64,000 nt of DNA from Nitrosopumilus sp. (GTDB taxonomy: Archaea > Thermoproteota > Nitrososphaeria > Nitrososphaerales > Nitrosopumilaceae): NCBI GenBank assembly GCA_965203315.1, contig OZ241857.1:1376001-1440000 (forward strand), written 5' to 3'. Both the position numbers and the translations under genes were made by a program. This document shows positions 52,501 through 62,133 of this stretch, in pieces (positions within the stretch are counted from its first letter, which is position 1; each line of letters opens with the position of its first letter). A model generated the notes under the pieces. That model did not search any database. It saw only the letters and a program-made list of their open reading frames with translations, and was not told where the DNA came from.

Positions 52501-53249
52501 AGATGCAGTATAACGATCCAGAGTTTGCAGAGATGTACAATACTGCATATGCCAATGCAGATAAAGACGACAGACTCTTTGTAAGAAATATCGAGAACGT
52601 TCAAGGTGACGAACGTGACGTAATAATCTTCTCGATCGGATACGCGAGAGATCATGATGGAAACTTTGCAAACAGATTTGGAACCCTTAGTGTAAAGGGA
52701 GGAGAGAATAGACTAAACGTAGCAATAACTAGGGCAAGACGTTCCATGATTGTGGTATCTTCCATCGAGCCTCAAGAGATCAAAGAGACATCAAAGAACG
52801 ATGGACCTAGACTGTTACGTAAATTTTTAGAGTATGCAAAGATGGTCGATAGCCTCGATACAAAGGGCAAGGAGAGGATTCTCGGTGAGATCATACCAGA
52901 CATGCCGAGAAGACAAGAGGAGACGATCTTTGACTCAGAGTTTGAGAAAGAGGTCTGTCAGCGTTTGAGAGAGAATGGCTATGAAGTGGATACACAGATT
53001 GGGTCTTCTGGTTATAGAATAGATCTCTGCATAGTACACCCCAACGATCCCAAACGTTATGTCCTCGGTGTAGAGTGTGATGGTGCAACGTTTCATTCTG
53101 CAAAGAGCGTAAAAGAGAGAGATGTGATGCGACAGAGATTTCTAGAAGACAAGGGTTGGCATATTGAGAGGATTTGGAGTAGCAACTGGTGGAGAGATCC
53201 GGAACGAGAGATATCTAGGATCAAGACTGTTATTGATGGTCTTTTATGA
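49542..53249 (+). CDS. DUF4011 - SF1 (Upf1-like) helicase - Vsr-like endonuclease (Hhe-type defence protein)
   Basis: KLLQVTKRN, EETG..T.YLGFPF, GPPGTGKSQ, VDEASQ, GDEKQL, HYRS, ENVQGDERD, RLNVAITRAR, DSEFE...GYRID...ECDG..FH...RD..RQ. Confidence 0.88.
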   Translation: MSDQETNQKKLTKNYKHYQDKLLQVTKRNRSVLLKRIYTKHNFDLKQLDDLKDGTVNKILLKAIKNISASIDDKIDEGKLQNILSDSIEAESADSMRSKLNSLKRNLVLIEEETGQQTGYLGFPFLEGHIDPDFYVRGPIVLFPISIEYIRRSRNSGWFLRLEDRRPILNGALIVALKKRGGYTLPEDYEETFDEMIESIPKSTDQSTFFDMINEWVKTLIPIQDTLNVPESVKLDTLSKERLSTLDTQKYHLVNYTIIGNFPQADNQIYKDYNKLIEDANPGQVVSNLLDIVDDITHTDEIDDPYTDEYDPDTKINGNDMLLNLALPSDSSQDQVILESKSSDLVVVRGPPGTGKSQVIVNLVTDALCNNRRVAVICQKRAALQVVKQRLGKIGLDQYVVFLGKESDDRRKMYQQLHDIIMRDPEPISSSEKTIQDISNDIDNCIKYLVDIGTALVREYDGATAHKIYSKADGKYKRVLDISDLNLEWKRLDRYIQDIADVEDQFKRFEDQSHPWFGRINFTDIGILERDEMIRDLEYLLEITPKCILVQDQKLQIRLESLFDTYLNDPGFLKFRRRGAKKEIKSIMSRDITDQFVAESFDKIKSGIKFWRRFERLLGRFGDDRADVLRSHIGTDTLTSRLTKMRETLDQFDAMQEFDKKKLEYDKSIFALLSQAKTRMSMDSSWAPNIRQEIYIHWLAHIERENPILKGEPKANYESHRMRLAELMDEKQKIVIKTITRNIVGRIRQNDIYGRKTRANQKLKDFVTELKRKRKVKPVRRLFEEYSKQMFQIAPCWLLSPEMVSKVFPLERDLFDLVIVDEASQLAVERSIPFIHRAKHVVIAGDEKQLSPFDLFQISEDEDEDDEIVIEKSLLELARTRYKTTNLSWHYRSRYQELIDFSNHAFYNGLLNVAPNVMISPPRPPIRFIKCNGVWENRSNIVEAERIVDEIKSILRNSRDLGEEYPSIGVITFGDEQRDIIDDNINKMQYNDPEFAEMYNTAYANADKDDRLFVRNIENVQGDERDVIIFSIGYARDHDGNFANRFGTLSVKGGENRLNVAITRARRSMIVVSSIEPQEIKETSKNDGPRLLRKFLEYAKMVDSLDTKGKERILGEIIPDMPRRQEETIFDSEFEKEVCQRLRENGYEVDTQIGSSGYRIDLCIVHPNDPKRYVLGVECDGATFHSAKSVKERDVMRQRFLEDKGWHIERIWSSNWWRDPEREISRIKTVIDGLL

Positions 53250-53264
53250 TCGTGATAGTATAGG

Positions 53265-53338
53265 CGGGTCTAGAGGGATTCGAACCCACGACAGCAGGAT
53301 TAAGAGTCCTGTGCGCTACCTGGCTGCGCCATAGACCC
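53265..53338 (-). tRNA. tRNA-Lys(CTT)
   Basis: GGGTCTA/TAGACCC; CAGGA-CTCTTAA-TCCTG. Confidence 0.93.
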
Positions 53339-53387
53339 ATCGCCTGAGTACAGTAAAAAATCGAGTTGTTATTAATCTTGAGATTAT

Positions 53388-53987
53388 CTATTGAACTTTT
53401 GCTTCGATCTCGTTGTATCTTTCGAGGATTGCAGTGAGAACAGTTGATACTGGAACATCATTCATCTTCTTCTTCTCTGTTAGCAGTTTCTGGTATGCAT
53501 CAAGCGTAATGTATACGGGGATGGAACCATTTCCTTCTAACAGACCACGAACGTTATACAGAGCAGTCTCCATACCGCGCTCGGCAGATTTTGCAAACTT
53601 GGCCTTGTCTAGTATGTTGCCCAGAGGACCAAAAGGCATCTCGTAATCAACCGACATCGTAACTCGTGTCAGATTGTTGGCAAGTGCTTGAAACTCGTTT
53701 GTGATATGCCATCGCTTGAATGGTCCATCGATCTGTTTTGCAGATATTCTCTCATTTCGTACAAACTCTGTCGTCTCACAGTCCCACTCTAGACGCTTAC
53801 CACCAAAGTCACCAATCACTCTAAATGTAGTACCTACACCCATCCCCTCCTTGATATCCATGGGAATGACGGTCATGCCTACCGCATCAGACTTTAACTG
53901 ATCAGATACATGCTCGGGTCTTGCAAAGTATGTAAAGACATTCTCTACAGGCGTCTTTATGTCAATAGACTTTGTAACTAAAGTCAA
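53388..53987 (-). CDS. SRPBCC (polyketide cyclase-like) protein
   Basis: SIDIKTPVENVF, GPFKRW, VDYEMPFGPLG. Confidence 0.82.
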   Translation of the reverse strand: MTLVTKSIDIKTPVENVFTYFARPEHVSDQLKSDAVGMTVIPMDIKEGMGVGTTFRVIGDFGGKRLEWDCETTEFVRNERISAKQIDGPFKRWHITNEFQALANNLTRVTMSVDYEMPFGPLGNILDKAKFAKSAERGMETALYNVRGLLEGNGSIPVYITLDAYQKLLTEKKKMNDVPVSTVLTAILERYNEIEAKVQ

Positions 53988-54091
53988 CGATTTGGCTTCT
54001 AGTCAATAAGGATTTAAAGGTTTGTAAGATGTTGTGATCGTTGAGTATATCTGGATAAAATCTTGTAATATATTTGTCGATTGTACAATAA

Positions 54092-54598
54092 ATGTACATG
54101 AAATATACCTGCATGTGGCTCATAGTTCTTGTTGTGATGATACCGTTTGTAGATGCATCAGCACACTCTATGTTCAACTCGGCAGAAAAGTTTCATGCTG
54201 GATATAGAGTGCAGGTTGCAACGGCTCCCGAGTTTCCACAGATAGGTGAACCATCAGAGTTTCTCATTCGTGTGACGGATAGCAACTTTGAAGAGGTTGA
54301 TCGCTTTACCATGGGAATAAAGATCTTTTTCAACGGAGTCCAAGTGGATACGATCCCACCAACCAGCATCGAGGGTGGTCATTGGGACTTTGACTATACG
54401 TGGAGAACGCAAGGAAATCATATTGTAGAGGTATATCTGTACGGTATGGATCCAGATATCATAGTTTACAAGTTTAACATGGGTACACAGAGCCCATTCG
54501 GATACATCTTTATCATTGCAATAACTGTGGGTGCACTATGCTTTGCTGGTGTGATGGGATACATTTACGTGCCCAAGATCTTCAAGTCTAGACTCTAG
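54092..54598 (+). CDS. exported protein with C-terminal TM anchor
   Basis: Signal peptide ASA-HS, beta-rich domain, C-terminal TM. Confidence 0.65.
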   Translation: MYMKYTCMWLIVLVVMIPFVDASAHSMFNSAEKFHAGYRVQVATAPEFPQIGEPSEFLIRVTDSNFEEVDRFTMGIKIFFNGVQVDTIPPTSIEGGHWDFDYTWRTQGNHIVEVYLYGMDPDIIVYKFNMGTQSPFGYIFIIAITVGALCFAGVMGYIYVPKIFKSRL

Positions 54599-55031
54599 TA
54601 GATATAACATTACGAGATATCCTAAACGCAAAGAGTGTAGTTAACAGAACCATCGCAAACAATAGTATCCCGATACCTAGATGGGTGGCAACCAGTACTG
54701 CGTGTAGTTTTAGATCTATGACTAGAGCGCCTAGCGTGATCTGTGTTATCACAAATGCAGTGGCAAGAGAGCTCGTGATCTTTATCTTTAGATCTGCATT
54801 ACGGTTGATCAGTGCAGCAACCATCGTTGCAATGACTAGTCCGCCAGTAGTGGCTGCGACGAGTCTGTGGATCCACTCTATCAGGTACTCCTCAGACGGC
54901 AGCACTCCATTTGGACATAATGGCCACTCTGGACATGTGAGTCCTAGACCGGCTGCAGAGATGTATCCTCCTATAAACATCAAAGAGTACAGTACAATCA
55001 TCGTTGTTAGAGCTAGATATTGAATGGCCAA
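54588..55031 (-). CDS. ctaA: heme A synthase (short CtaA/COX15)
   Basis: GLTCPEWPLC, EWIHR, QITLG, H motifs. Confidence 0.88.
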   Translation of the reverse strand: MAIQYLALTTMIVLYSLMFIGGYISAAGLGLTCPEWPLCPNGVLPSEEYLIEWIHRLVAATTGGLVIATMVAALINRNADLKIKITSSLATAFVITQITLGALVIDLKLHAVLVATHLGIGILLFAMVLLTTLFAFRISRNVISTRV

Positions 55032-55033
55032 AA

Positions 55034-55987
55034 CTATTCAACGATAAAGGTCCCTTGCATTCCTTGAATCGAGTGTCCGGGTACAGTACATATGTAATAG
55101 TATGTACCAGGAGCACCAGCAGTAAAAGTTACACTACCTGTCTCGCCTCGACTCATGGGGCTGGTAGCTGACGCAATCTCTGAGTCCCAGACGATGCTGT
55201 TCAAGTCATTGGGGTTTGATACTATAGCAAACGAGTGGAGTGATATTCCTTTATGCTCTACATCTATTGTGACCTCGTCACCAGATGCAACTCGAATCTC
55301 GGGATTGTGTCCCTCTTCACCTGGTAATGCATTAAACGCCATGGTTACAAAGTCGTCACCTTCGATAAAGTCTAGTTTGAACTGATGTGATATACCGGTC
55401 GGTTCAGCTGCCTCAGCTGCTGGCTCGTCTGATGAAGGGCCTACGATGATCTCTCCCTCCATCCCTTGAATTCGATGACCTGGAACTGGACATATGTAAT
55501 AGTATGTACCCTCTTCGGCAGCTATAAACTCTGATGTACCACTCTGATCCTTTCTCAATGGATTTGCTGCAGTACCGATCTCGGTTCCTGGAATGATCCC
55601 TTCGAGTCCTTCCTCGTTTGCGGTTACACCAAATGCGTGAAATGATATTCCTTCGTTTACTAGATTGAATACAACTTTATCGCCTACATTCATGTGTATG
55701 GTGGGATTGCTACCCTCTTCACCTGGTACAGCATTGAACCCCATAGTGATAAAGTCATCAGCCTCGACGAATGTCATGTCTTGGATTATGGTGTCGCCAG
55801 TATGTGGTGCTGGAGCGTCGATCTCTACTGTACCTGCCATCATTGCAACTATTGGTGCAGGTTCTGATATCCAATAGTCCCAGAGCGAGAAGAATATCGC
55901 ACCACCTACTATACAGATGCCTAGCATTATCGCCATCATCTTGCCTGTCCTAGCGGGTGTCGTTCTGTATACGTACTCTTGTTCCAT
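55034..55987 (-). CDS. membrane-anchored two-domain blue (type 1) copper protein
   Basis: Two H...YYYIC.VPGH..QGM sites; within the cox operon. Confidence 0.9.
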   Translation of the reverse strand: MEQEYVYRTTPARTGKMMAIMLGICIVGGAIFFSLWDYWISEPAPIVAMMAGTVEIDAPAPHTGDTIIQDMTFVEADDFITMGFNAVPGEEGSNPTIHMNVGDKVVFNLVNEGISFHAFGVTANEEGLEGIIPGTEIGTAANPLRKDQSGTSEFIAAEEGTYYYICPVPGHRIQGMEGEIIVGPSSDEPAAEAAEPTGISHQFKLDFIEGDDFVTMAFNALPGEEGHNPEIRVASGDEVTIDVEHKGISLHSFAIVSNPNDLNSIVWDSEIASATSPMSRGETGSVTFTAGAPGTYYYICTVPGHSIQGMQGTFIVE

Positions 55988-55995
55988 GATATCTC

Positions 55996-57522
55996 CTAAT
56001 GTGATGGGTTCTTGGCCTCAAACGGATAATAGTATTTGCCACCTAGTCCAAACGGATCGTCGGTGTTTGCCAACTTGCCTTTGCCTGAACTATATATCAT
56101 ATTTGCTAGAAATATTGCCATACTTACACCGATTATCATGGCACCAATACTGGCAATCTGATTCATTGCGATCCATTCTGGAATTGGTGGATAGTCGAAT
56201 ATTCGTCGTGGCATTCCGTACAATCCCAGTACGTGTTGGGTAAAGAAGACCATGACGGTTCCGATAAACGACAGAATAAAGTGAATCTTGCCCATCGCCT
56301 CATTGTACATTCGTCCCGTAACATATGGAAACATGTAGTAAAAGTAGGCGATCGAACCAAAGGCTATCGTTCCCATTACAAATAGATGAAAGTGTCCAAC
56401 GACCCAATAGGTATCGTGCGTAGTAAAGTCCAATGGCATTGCGCTGTTTACTACCCCACCAGCTCCTGCTGAGAAGAAGAGTGCAATTCCACCTACTGCC
56501 CACATCATCGGAGTTGAGAATCGTATACGCCCGTTCCACATAGTTGCTATAAAGTTAAAGACATGCATGGCAGATGCTGGAACTGCAGCTAGTGTTCCTA
56601 CCATGAATACAGTCTTTTCAGTAAATGACATACCTGTAGCATACATGTGGTGTGCCCACGATGAGAAACCAACTATAGATAGTAAAACAAACGCAAAGAC
56701 CCCCGAGTTGTAACTAAAGATGGGCTTGCGTGAAAAGCGTGGAATGATCTCATACATCATTCCGATGGCAGGTATGACCAGTACATAGACCTCTGGATGG
56801 AATGTAAACCAAAAGAGATGTGCATAAGCTATAGGGTCACCTCCAAGTGCTGGATTGAAGAATCCACTTACGCCCAATCTGTCTGTTAACAGCATCAAGA
56901 GTGCAGCTGCAAATGTGGGTATTGCTACTAGAATTATCAGTGATGATGAGAGAAAAGACCATGCAAGGAGTGGAACTTGGCCTATAGACATGTCTGGGTG
57001 TTTACATTTTAGAATTGTAACAACAAAGTTTATAGCTCCAAGAACAGAAGATATGCCTAGAATCTTCAATCCAAATATCCACATGTCTGCAGCAGGACCA
57101 GGGGCACTGATTATCGAGTATGGTGGAGTCGCATACCATGTAAAGTCTGCAAAGCCCAACCAGATCAGTGCACCGGATGGAGGGATCATCCAAAATGCGA
57201 TCGCATTCAGTTTTGGATATGCCATGTCCTTGTATCGAACCATTATTGGGACATAATAGTTACCTACAGCTGATGCAAACGGAATTATAAACAGAAAGAT
57301 CAATGTTGTGCCATGAACTGTAAATATTCGATTGAACGTCATAGCGTCTGCAATGATCTGAGCGCCAGGCAGAAACAGTTCCAGACGTATTGCAAGTGCT
57401 AGCGCACCACCTAGGAACAAGAATCCAAGCGATGTTATCAAGTATAACAGTCCGACATCTGTATGATGCGTAGAGAACATGATCTGCCAGATTGGACGTG
57501 GTCTCTGTAGTTCTAAAACCAT
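55996..57522 (-). CDS. coxA: heme-copper oxidase subunit I
   Basis: HGT, WFTFHPEVY, WAHH, HFH. Confidence 0.96.
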   Translation of the reverse strand: MVLELQRPRPIWQIMFSTHHTDVGLLYLITSLGFLFLGGALALAIRLELFLPGAQIIADAMTFNRIFTVHGTTLIFLFIIPFASAVGNYYVPIMVRYKDMAYPKLNAIAFWMIPPSGALIWLGFADFTWYATPPYSIISAPGPAADMWIFGLKILGISSVLGAINFVVTILKCKHPDMSIGQVPLLAWSFLSSSLIILVAIPTFAAALLMLLTDRLGVSGFFNPALGGDPIAYAHLFWFTFHPEVYVLVIPAIGMMYEIIPRFSRKPIFSYNSGVFAFVLLSIVGFSSWAHHMYATGMSFTEKTVFMVGTLAAVPASAMHVFNFIATMWNGRIRFSTPMMWAVGGIALFFSAGAGGVVNSAMPLDFTTHDTYWVVGHFHLFVMGTIAFGSIAYFYYMFPYVTGRMYNEAMGKIHFILSFIGTVMVFFTQHVLGLYGMPRRIFDYPPIPEWIAMNQIASIGAMIIGVSMAIFLANMIYSSGKGKLANTDDPFGLGGKYYYPFEAKNPSH

Positions 57523-57596
57523 GACTCGTTATCCTCACATGTTGTGTTGTATATATCTGATAAAAGCGTTATCAGGTGTAGTGGAGTTGTAGTCAA

Positions 57597-58022
57597 TTAT
57601 GGCTCCTCCACGTATAATGTTCCACGCATATTATAGTGTATTAGACCACAATACTCTCTACACTGTATATCATGTACTCCGGGTTTGTCTGGGGCAAACC
57701 ATACGGTGTTGACTCTACCCGGTATTGCATCCATTAATACGACATAGTCATGAATGTTAAAAGAGTGATTTACATCGGTAGACATGATCTCAAACTTGTA
57801 TGCTTTGCCTGCCTTTACATGTAGTTGACCGATCTCTTTAGTGCCGTCTTCGTGTTCAAATGTCCAGAACCACTGTTGTCCAGTAACCTTTATGATCTCG
57901 GCGTCCTCTGGCACATGCTCTACTAGTCGTTCTACCTCCCATGCTTCGGCTCCAACCCAAGTCATCAATGCTATGACCACGCCTACATAGATCCATTCTG
58001 GCCAGTTTGAATGTCCGCCCAT
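57597..58022 (-). CDS. coxB: heme-copper oxidase subunit II (CuA domain)
   Basis: GQQWFW, DVNHSF, CREYCGLIHYNM. Confidence 0.93.
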   Translation of the reverse strand: MGGHSNWPEWIYVGVVIALMTWVGAEAWEVERLVEHVPEDAEIIKVTGQQWFWTFEHEDGTKEIGQLHVKAGKAYKFEIMSTDVNHSFNIHDYVVLMDAIPGRVNTVWFAPDKPGVHDIQCREYCGLIHYNMRGTLYVEEP

Positions 58023-58024
58023 CT

Positions 58025-58276
58025 CTACCAGTCCGTACCCTCGTATGGTGTTGGTTTGGCCTTGGGGTGTGACTCTCTAAATCTCCAAACGAGCCAGATT
58101 ATTGTACCCGATACCACTGCACCTACCGTAAACGCAACAGTCATCATTCTAAAGAACAGATTCCATATCACTACACGTCTATCTAGATACTCACCAGGCG
58201 CATCACCTGCAGCTAGTGCTATCTCTATAGCTGGAACCATCAATAACGACATAAAAAGAATCAACATCCACTTCAT
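58025..58276 (-). CDS. small membrane protein of the cox operon (resembles the subunit II N-terminal TM part)
   Basis: IWNLF...LVWRFRE; first gene of the operon. Confidence 0.65.
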   Translation of the reverse strand: MKWMLILFMSLLMVPAIEIALAAGDAPGEYLDRRVVIWNLFFRMMTVAFTVGAVVSGTIIWLVWRFRESHPKAKPTPYEGTDW

Positions 58277-58379
58277 TGTGATTGAATCTCGTGAACTGTA
58301 ATTTCTATTTAAGGGTTTACTAAAAATTTGCGATCTTGTCGGTAAGCGATCAATACTGGTTCAAATGCTGAAGAATCCT

Positions 58380-59048
58380 CTAATAGACCTGACCAAAGCG
58401 AGTCGGATGCATGACGTTCAGTCCACCAACTGTAAAGCCGTTCTCATTTGGATAAAATATATTCAATGACGCATTTGCAATAACCAACTCGAAGAGGTTT
58501 GTAGATGAGAGATCTACTGCCATTGATAACATAGCTTTTATCGGATCCATATGTGTAACCAAGACAACATTCTCGTTGTGATGTTTATCCATAACGTGTT
58601 TTGTAATGCTGGTGACTCTGGACTTTACCTCTGCAAAGGTCTCTACACCATTGTGTGCTATCTCTAACTCGCCGTTGTAAAATTTTAGAAATACATTTCC
58701 ATGCGTCTGAAAGATATCATCATATGCCATACCAGTAAACTTGCCCATGTCGAGTTCGATCAAACGATCATCTGATATGACATCTAGATTGTTGTATTCG
58801 GCGACGATCTTTGCTGTGTCATCTGCTCGCTGTATTGGGCTCGAGTATATTGCAGATATGTCCATCTCTGATAGAAACTTTGCTGCATCTTGAGCTTGAG
58901 TTACCCCTGTCGGTGTTAATGGAATACCTTCAGTACGACCTGCAAGTACTCGTTTTATATTGTTCTCTGCTTGGCCATGACGCAGAAATATGATCTGACC
59001 CAATAGACCAAGATTTGAATAGAGATAATAATAAGATTGGCTGGACAC
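58380..59048 (-). CDS. histidine phosphatase family protein
   Basis: LRHGQ, SSPIQRA, VTH; true start probably a little downstream. Confidence 0.88.
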   Translation of the reverse strand: MSSQSYYYLYSNLGLLGQIIFLRHGQAENNIKRVLAGRTEGIPLTPTGVTQAQDAAKFLSEMDISAIYSSPIQRADDTAKIVAEYNNLDVISDDRLIELDMGKFTGMAYDDIFQTHGNVFLKFYNGELEIAHNGVETFAEVKSRVTSITKHVMDKHHNENVVLVTHMDPIKAMLSMAVDLSSTNLFELVIANASLNIFYPNENGFTVGGLNVMHPTRFGQVY

Positions 59049-59720
59049 GTTTTATTGAGAGTTGGAATAGTTGGTGGCACAGGTGGTATGGGTAAAGGTT
59101 TTGCATTACGTTGGTCACCTAGACATGATGTTATTATAGGCTCTAGAGATCCTAAAAGAGCGGCACAAGTAGCTACCGAGTATACCGAGCTTGCGCGTAA
59201 TGCATTTGGTGATATAATGACTATTACGGGTAGTGACAATAAGACTGTTGCAAAGAGTAGTGATGTGTTGATACTGTCTATACAATATGAGAATATCGAC
59301 TCTGTATGTAGTGAGATATTGCCTCTAGTTAGTGACACATGCGTTATAGTATCTCCTATTGTTCCTATGGACAAGACCGATGTAGGATTTGAGTTTATTC
59401 CGTTACGTGACAATAAACCATTCTCGTACCAACTCGTATCAAAGTATGTACAAGATACATCGAGATTGGTATCTGCATTTCATGTAATATCTGAGAAGAA
59501 ACTTGCAGATCCAAAACTAGATCTAGATTATGATATCTTTGTCTGTGGACAAGGTTCAGCAGTAGATACAATTAATCAATTGATATCAGAGATTCAAGGA
59601 CTGCGTTCCATATATCTTGGACCTGGTAGTCTATCATATATGGCCGAGATTGCAACTCCGATACTACTAAACGCCATGATCCGAAACAAGATAAAGAATC
59701 CCGGAATCAAGATTGTATGA
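59037..59720 (+). CDS. npdG: F420-dependent NADP reductase
   Basis: GGTGGMGKGFA, IGSR, VSAFH. Confidence 0.85.
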   Translation: MAGHVLLRVGIVGGTGGMGKGFALRWSPRHDVIIGSRDPKRAAQVATEYTELARNAFGDIMTITGSDNKTVAKSSDVLILSIQYENIDSVCSEILPLVSDTCVIVSPIVPMDKTDVGFEFIPLRDNKPFSYQLVSKYVQDTSRLVSAFHVISEKKLADPKLDLDYDIFVCGQGSAVDTINQLISEIQGLRSIYLGPGSLSYMAEIATPILLNAMIRNKIKNPGIKIV

Positions 59721-59947
59721 GTAGCGAGTATTATAGACGTGGAAGAAACTGGTTTACTGCAATAGGCGTAATGTTTATTGTAATGGCCGGAATAGTTCTG
59801 GTGCAACAGTTGTTGATATGGGGACACGAGTTTGTCTTGGAGTTTCTAATGAATGATCAACTCACAAATGAAAAGTTCTCATTTGGAATGCTTGGGTTTG
59901 GTACGTTTATGGTTGTTTGGGGGTTTAGACATGTCAAGACGCGATGA
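59717..59947 (+). CDS. small membrane protein
   Basis: Two TMs; overlaps both neighbours. Confidence 0.65.
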   Translation: MSSEYYRRGRNWFTAIGVMFIVMAGIVLVQQLLIWGHEFVLEFLMNDQLTNEKFSFGMLGFGTFMVVWGFRHVKTR

Positions 59948-60326
59948 GTTTCTACGATCACAAAAGATCTTACATCTAGGAACATTTGGAGAGACTCCTC
60001 ATGTAGTTCCTGTTTGGTATATGTATAGCGCAAAAAAATTTTACGTTGGTACAAACACTAGAACACAAAAAGTGAAAAACCTGAGACAGAACTGTAATGT
60101 TGCTATATGTGTAGATACTGGAGTAAACTCACCTGACATCTATGGAGTGATGGGTCAAGGAAGAGTAGAGTTGATACTAGACATGTCACGAGTTAAAAGA
60201 ATTGCAATCAAGATACTATCTAGATACTATGATGATATACAGAACAAATCTGCACAAGAGTTGTTAAATGATACGGACTGTATACTAGAGATTGTACCGA
60301 CTAGACTCGTTGTCTGGAAGTACTAG
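59931..60326 (+). CDS. pyridoxamine 5'-phosphate oxidase-like (split-barrel, probably F420-binding) protein
   Basis: PHVVPVWY, KVKNLRQN..V; start at MSRRDEF. Confidence 0.82.
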   Translation: MSRRDEFLRSQKILHLGTFGETPHVVPVWYMYSAKKFYVGTNTRTQKVKNLRQNCNVAICVDTGVNSPDIYGVMGQGRVELILDMSRVKRIAIKILSRYYDDIQNKSAQELLNDTDCILEIVPTRLVVWKY

Positions 60327-61548
60327 TCACAAACTCTTCGATCTTGTTCATAGCAGACTCTAATGTATTAATATCTGGCAGATACACGATCCTAAAGTGA
60401 TCACGTCCATACTGCTCACCAAAACCTGAGCCGTGTACTGTCAGCACGCCCTTGGATTCCAGTAGGCCCATCACAAACTCTTTGTCAGACTTTATGTCTA
60501 ATGATATCTTTGGGAATGCATAAAATGCGCCATCGGGTACTGGACACGAGATGCCTGGCATGTCGTTGAGTCGGCGTACCGTATAGTCTCGGCGTATCTT
60601 TAGTTGTGATACAAAGTCGGCGATATATTCTTGCGGACCTGATAGTGATTCTAGTGCCGCATACTGTAATGGTAGATTTGTTGTAATGCGTACGCGAGCA
60701 AGTTTTGGAAGAGCCTCTCGCAGTGGTTCTAGTCTTTTAGAGTTGTTAAATGCGATATAGCCTATTCGCCAACCAGTCATTAGATGAACCTTTGAGAAAC
60801 CGTTCAATAGTATTACTGGCGAGTCTGCAGCTACACTACCAATTCCTACAAACTTGCGATCAAATACTATCTGATCATATATCTCATCACATATGATGTA
60901 CAAGTTGTGTTCGTTTGCAATATCTACTAGTTGTTTTAGGGATGTATGATCAAATACAATACCAGTTGGATTGTTTGGACTGATGAGACAGATTGCTACT
61001 GTACGTGATGTGATCTTTGATCGAATGTCATCGATATCTGGTTTTGACTGTTCCAAGTCTACTGCAAACTCGACTGGTCTTCCACCGTGTAATCGGACAT
61101 ATGAGGCATATGGTGGATAGTATGGTCCTGGAAGTAAGATCTCGTCACCCTCTTCGACTATTGACGACATCACCATGTCGAGCCCCTCTGAGACACCATT
61201 TGTAATTAGAATATCTGTTGCAGATACATCGAGTCCTTTGGCATGTTCCTTTACTGCAATAGCTTGACGTAGTTCGTGTATTCCTTCAGATGAAGAGTAG
61301 TGATTGTCGCCACGCCTTATTGCAGCGATATATGCATCTTTTACATTATCTGGAGGTTGAAAACCAAACTGTACTGGATCGCCGATATTTAGATAACTGA
61401 TCTCGATTCCGCGTTCTTGAACCTTTCTAGCTGCAAGTACAATATCTCGTATGGCATACTCTACCCCTGCAACCTTTTTTGATACTTTCAAAGTATTTAG
61501 ACAAATATTTACACATGTTAAAGCTTTACCTTTTTGGACTCGTAGCAC
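60301..61548 (-). CDS. class I/II PLP aminotransferase (alanine aminotransferase-like)
   Basis: EYAIRD, LNIGDP, PNNPTG, DEIY, SKVHLMTGWRIG; true start about 61490 because the ORF 5' end overlaps tRNA-Arg. Confidence 0.9.
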   Translation of the reverse strand: MLRVQKGKALTCVNICLNTLKVSKKVAGVEYAIRDIVLAARKVQERGIEISYLNIGDPVQFGFQPPDNVKDAYIAAIRRGDNHYSSSEGIHELRQAIAVKEHAKGLDVSATDILITNGVSEGLDMVMSSIVEEGDEILLPGPYYPPYASYVRLHGGRPVEFAVDLEQSKPDIDDIRSKITSRTVAICLISPNNPTGIVFDHTSLKQLVDIANEHNLYIICDEIYDQIVFDRKFVGIGSVAADSPVILLNGFSKVHLMTGWRIGYIAFNNSKRLEPLREALPKLARVRITTNLPLQYAALESLSGPQEYIADFVSQLKIRRDYTVRRLNDMPGISCPVPDGAFYAFPKISLDIKSDKEFVMGLLESKGVLTVHGSGFGEQYGRDHFRIVYLPDINTLESAMNKIEEFVTSTSRQRV

Positions 61549-61610
61549 AGTCAGGATAGTGCGGGCGGCTTCGGACCGCCAGGTCGAGGGATCGAAGCCC
61601 TCCGAGCCCT
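61536..61610 (+). tRNA. tRNA-Arg(TCG)
   Basis: GGCGG-CTTCGGA-CCGCC; GAGGG-ATCGAAG-CCCTC; one A-C mismatch in the acceptor stem. Confidence 0.88.
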
Positions 61611-61647
61611 TTAACGATTATTAGATGTTGTATTACATGTTGATATC

Positions 61648-62133
61648 ATGAGGATCTCGTTGTTTAAGATTGGATTGACACTAGTTGTTGCTGGTGGTAT
61701 ATGGATGATGATAATATTTGATGATAATGTCAAGATATCTGATGATATAATATTGAAGAAAGCCGGCTCTGCCACACTCGGCATCGAGTTTGTCGGTAGT
61801 GATATTGCATATTATACAGTATATGTCAAAGAGTATAGTGGACAAGAGATCTTTATACAAGTCTTGGATGATCGTGGAAATGTTATGGATGAAGAGCTAG
61901 TCAATACTAGAATGTCGATAGGATACTTTGATTATACGGACGGTTTATACTCGATTCAGGTAACCAACATATCTGATATACCTGCCCATCTTGCAGTGGA
62001 TTTGGGAGACACAAACTCTCACGCAATGGCTCCTGCTGGTTTACTAGTACTAGTTGGGAGTATTACAATAATGATGATGTCTTTCTTTAAGATCAAAAAC
62101 TATAGTATTGCACAACCAGATGAGAATATCTGA
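61648..62133 (+). CDS. hypothetical protein with N- and C-terminal TMs
   Basis: Hydrophobic termini around a beta-rich domain. Confidence 0.65.
   Translation: MRISLFKIGLTLVVAGGIWMMIIFDDNVKISDDIILKKAGSATLGIEFVGSDIAYYTVYVKEYSGQEIFIQVLDDRGNVMDEELVNTRMSIGYFDYTDGLYSIQVTNISDIPAHLAVDLGDTNSHAMAPAGLLVLVGSITIMMMSFFKIKNYSIAQPDENI

Noticed and set aside
54588-58276. Split coxB, blue-copper protein in the cox operon and short CtaA as novelty
   Set aside because: Standard arrangement in Nitrosopumilaceae.
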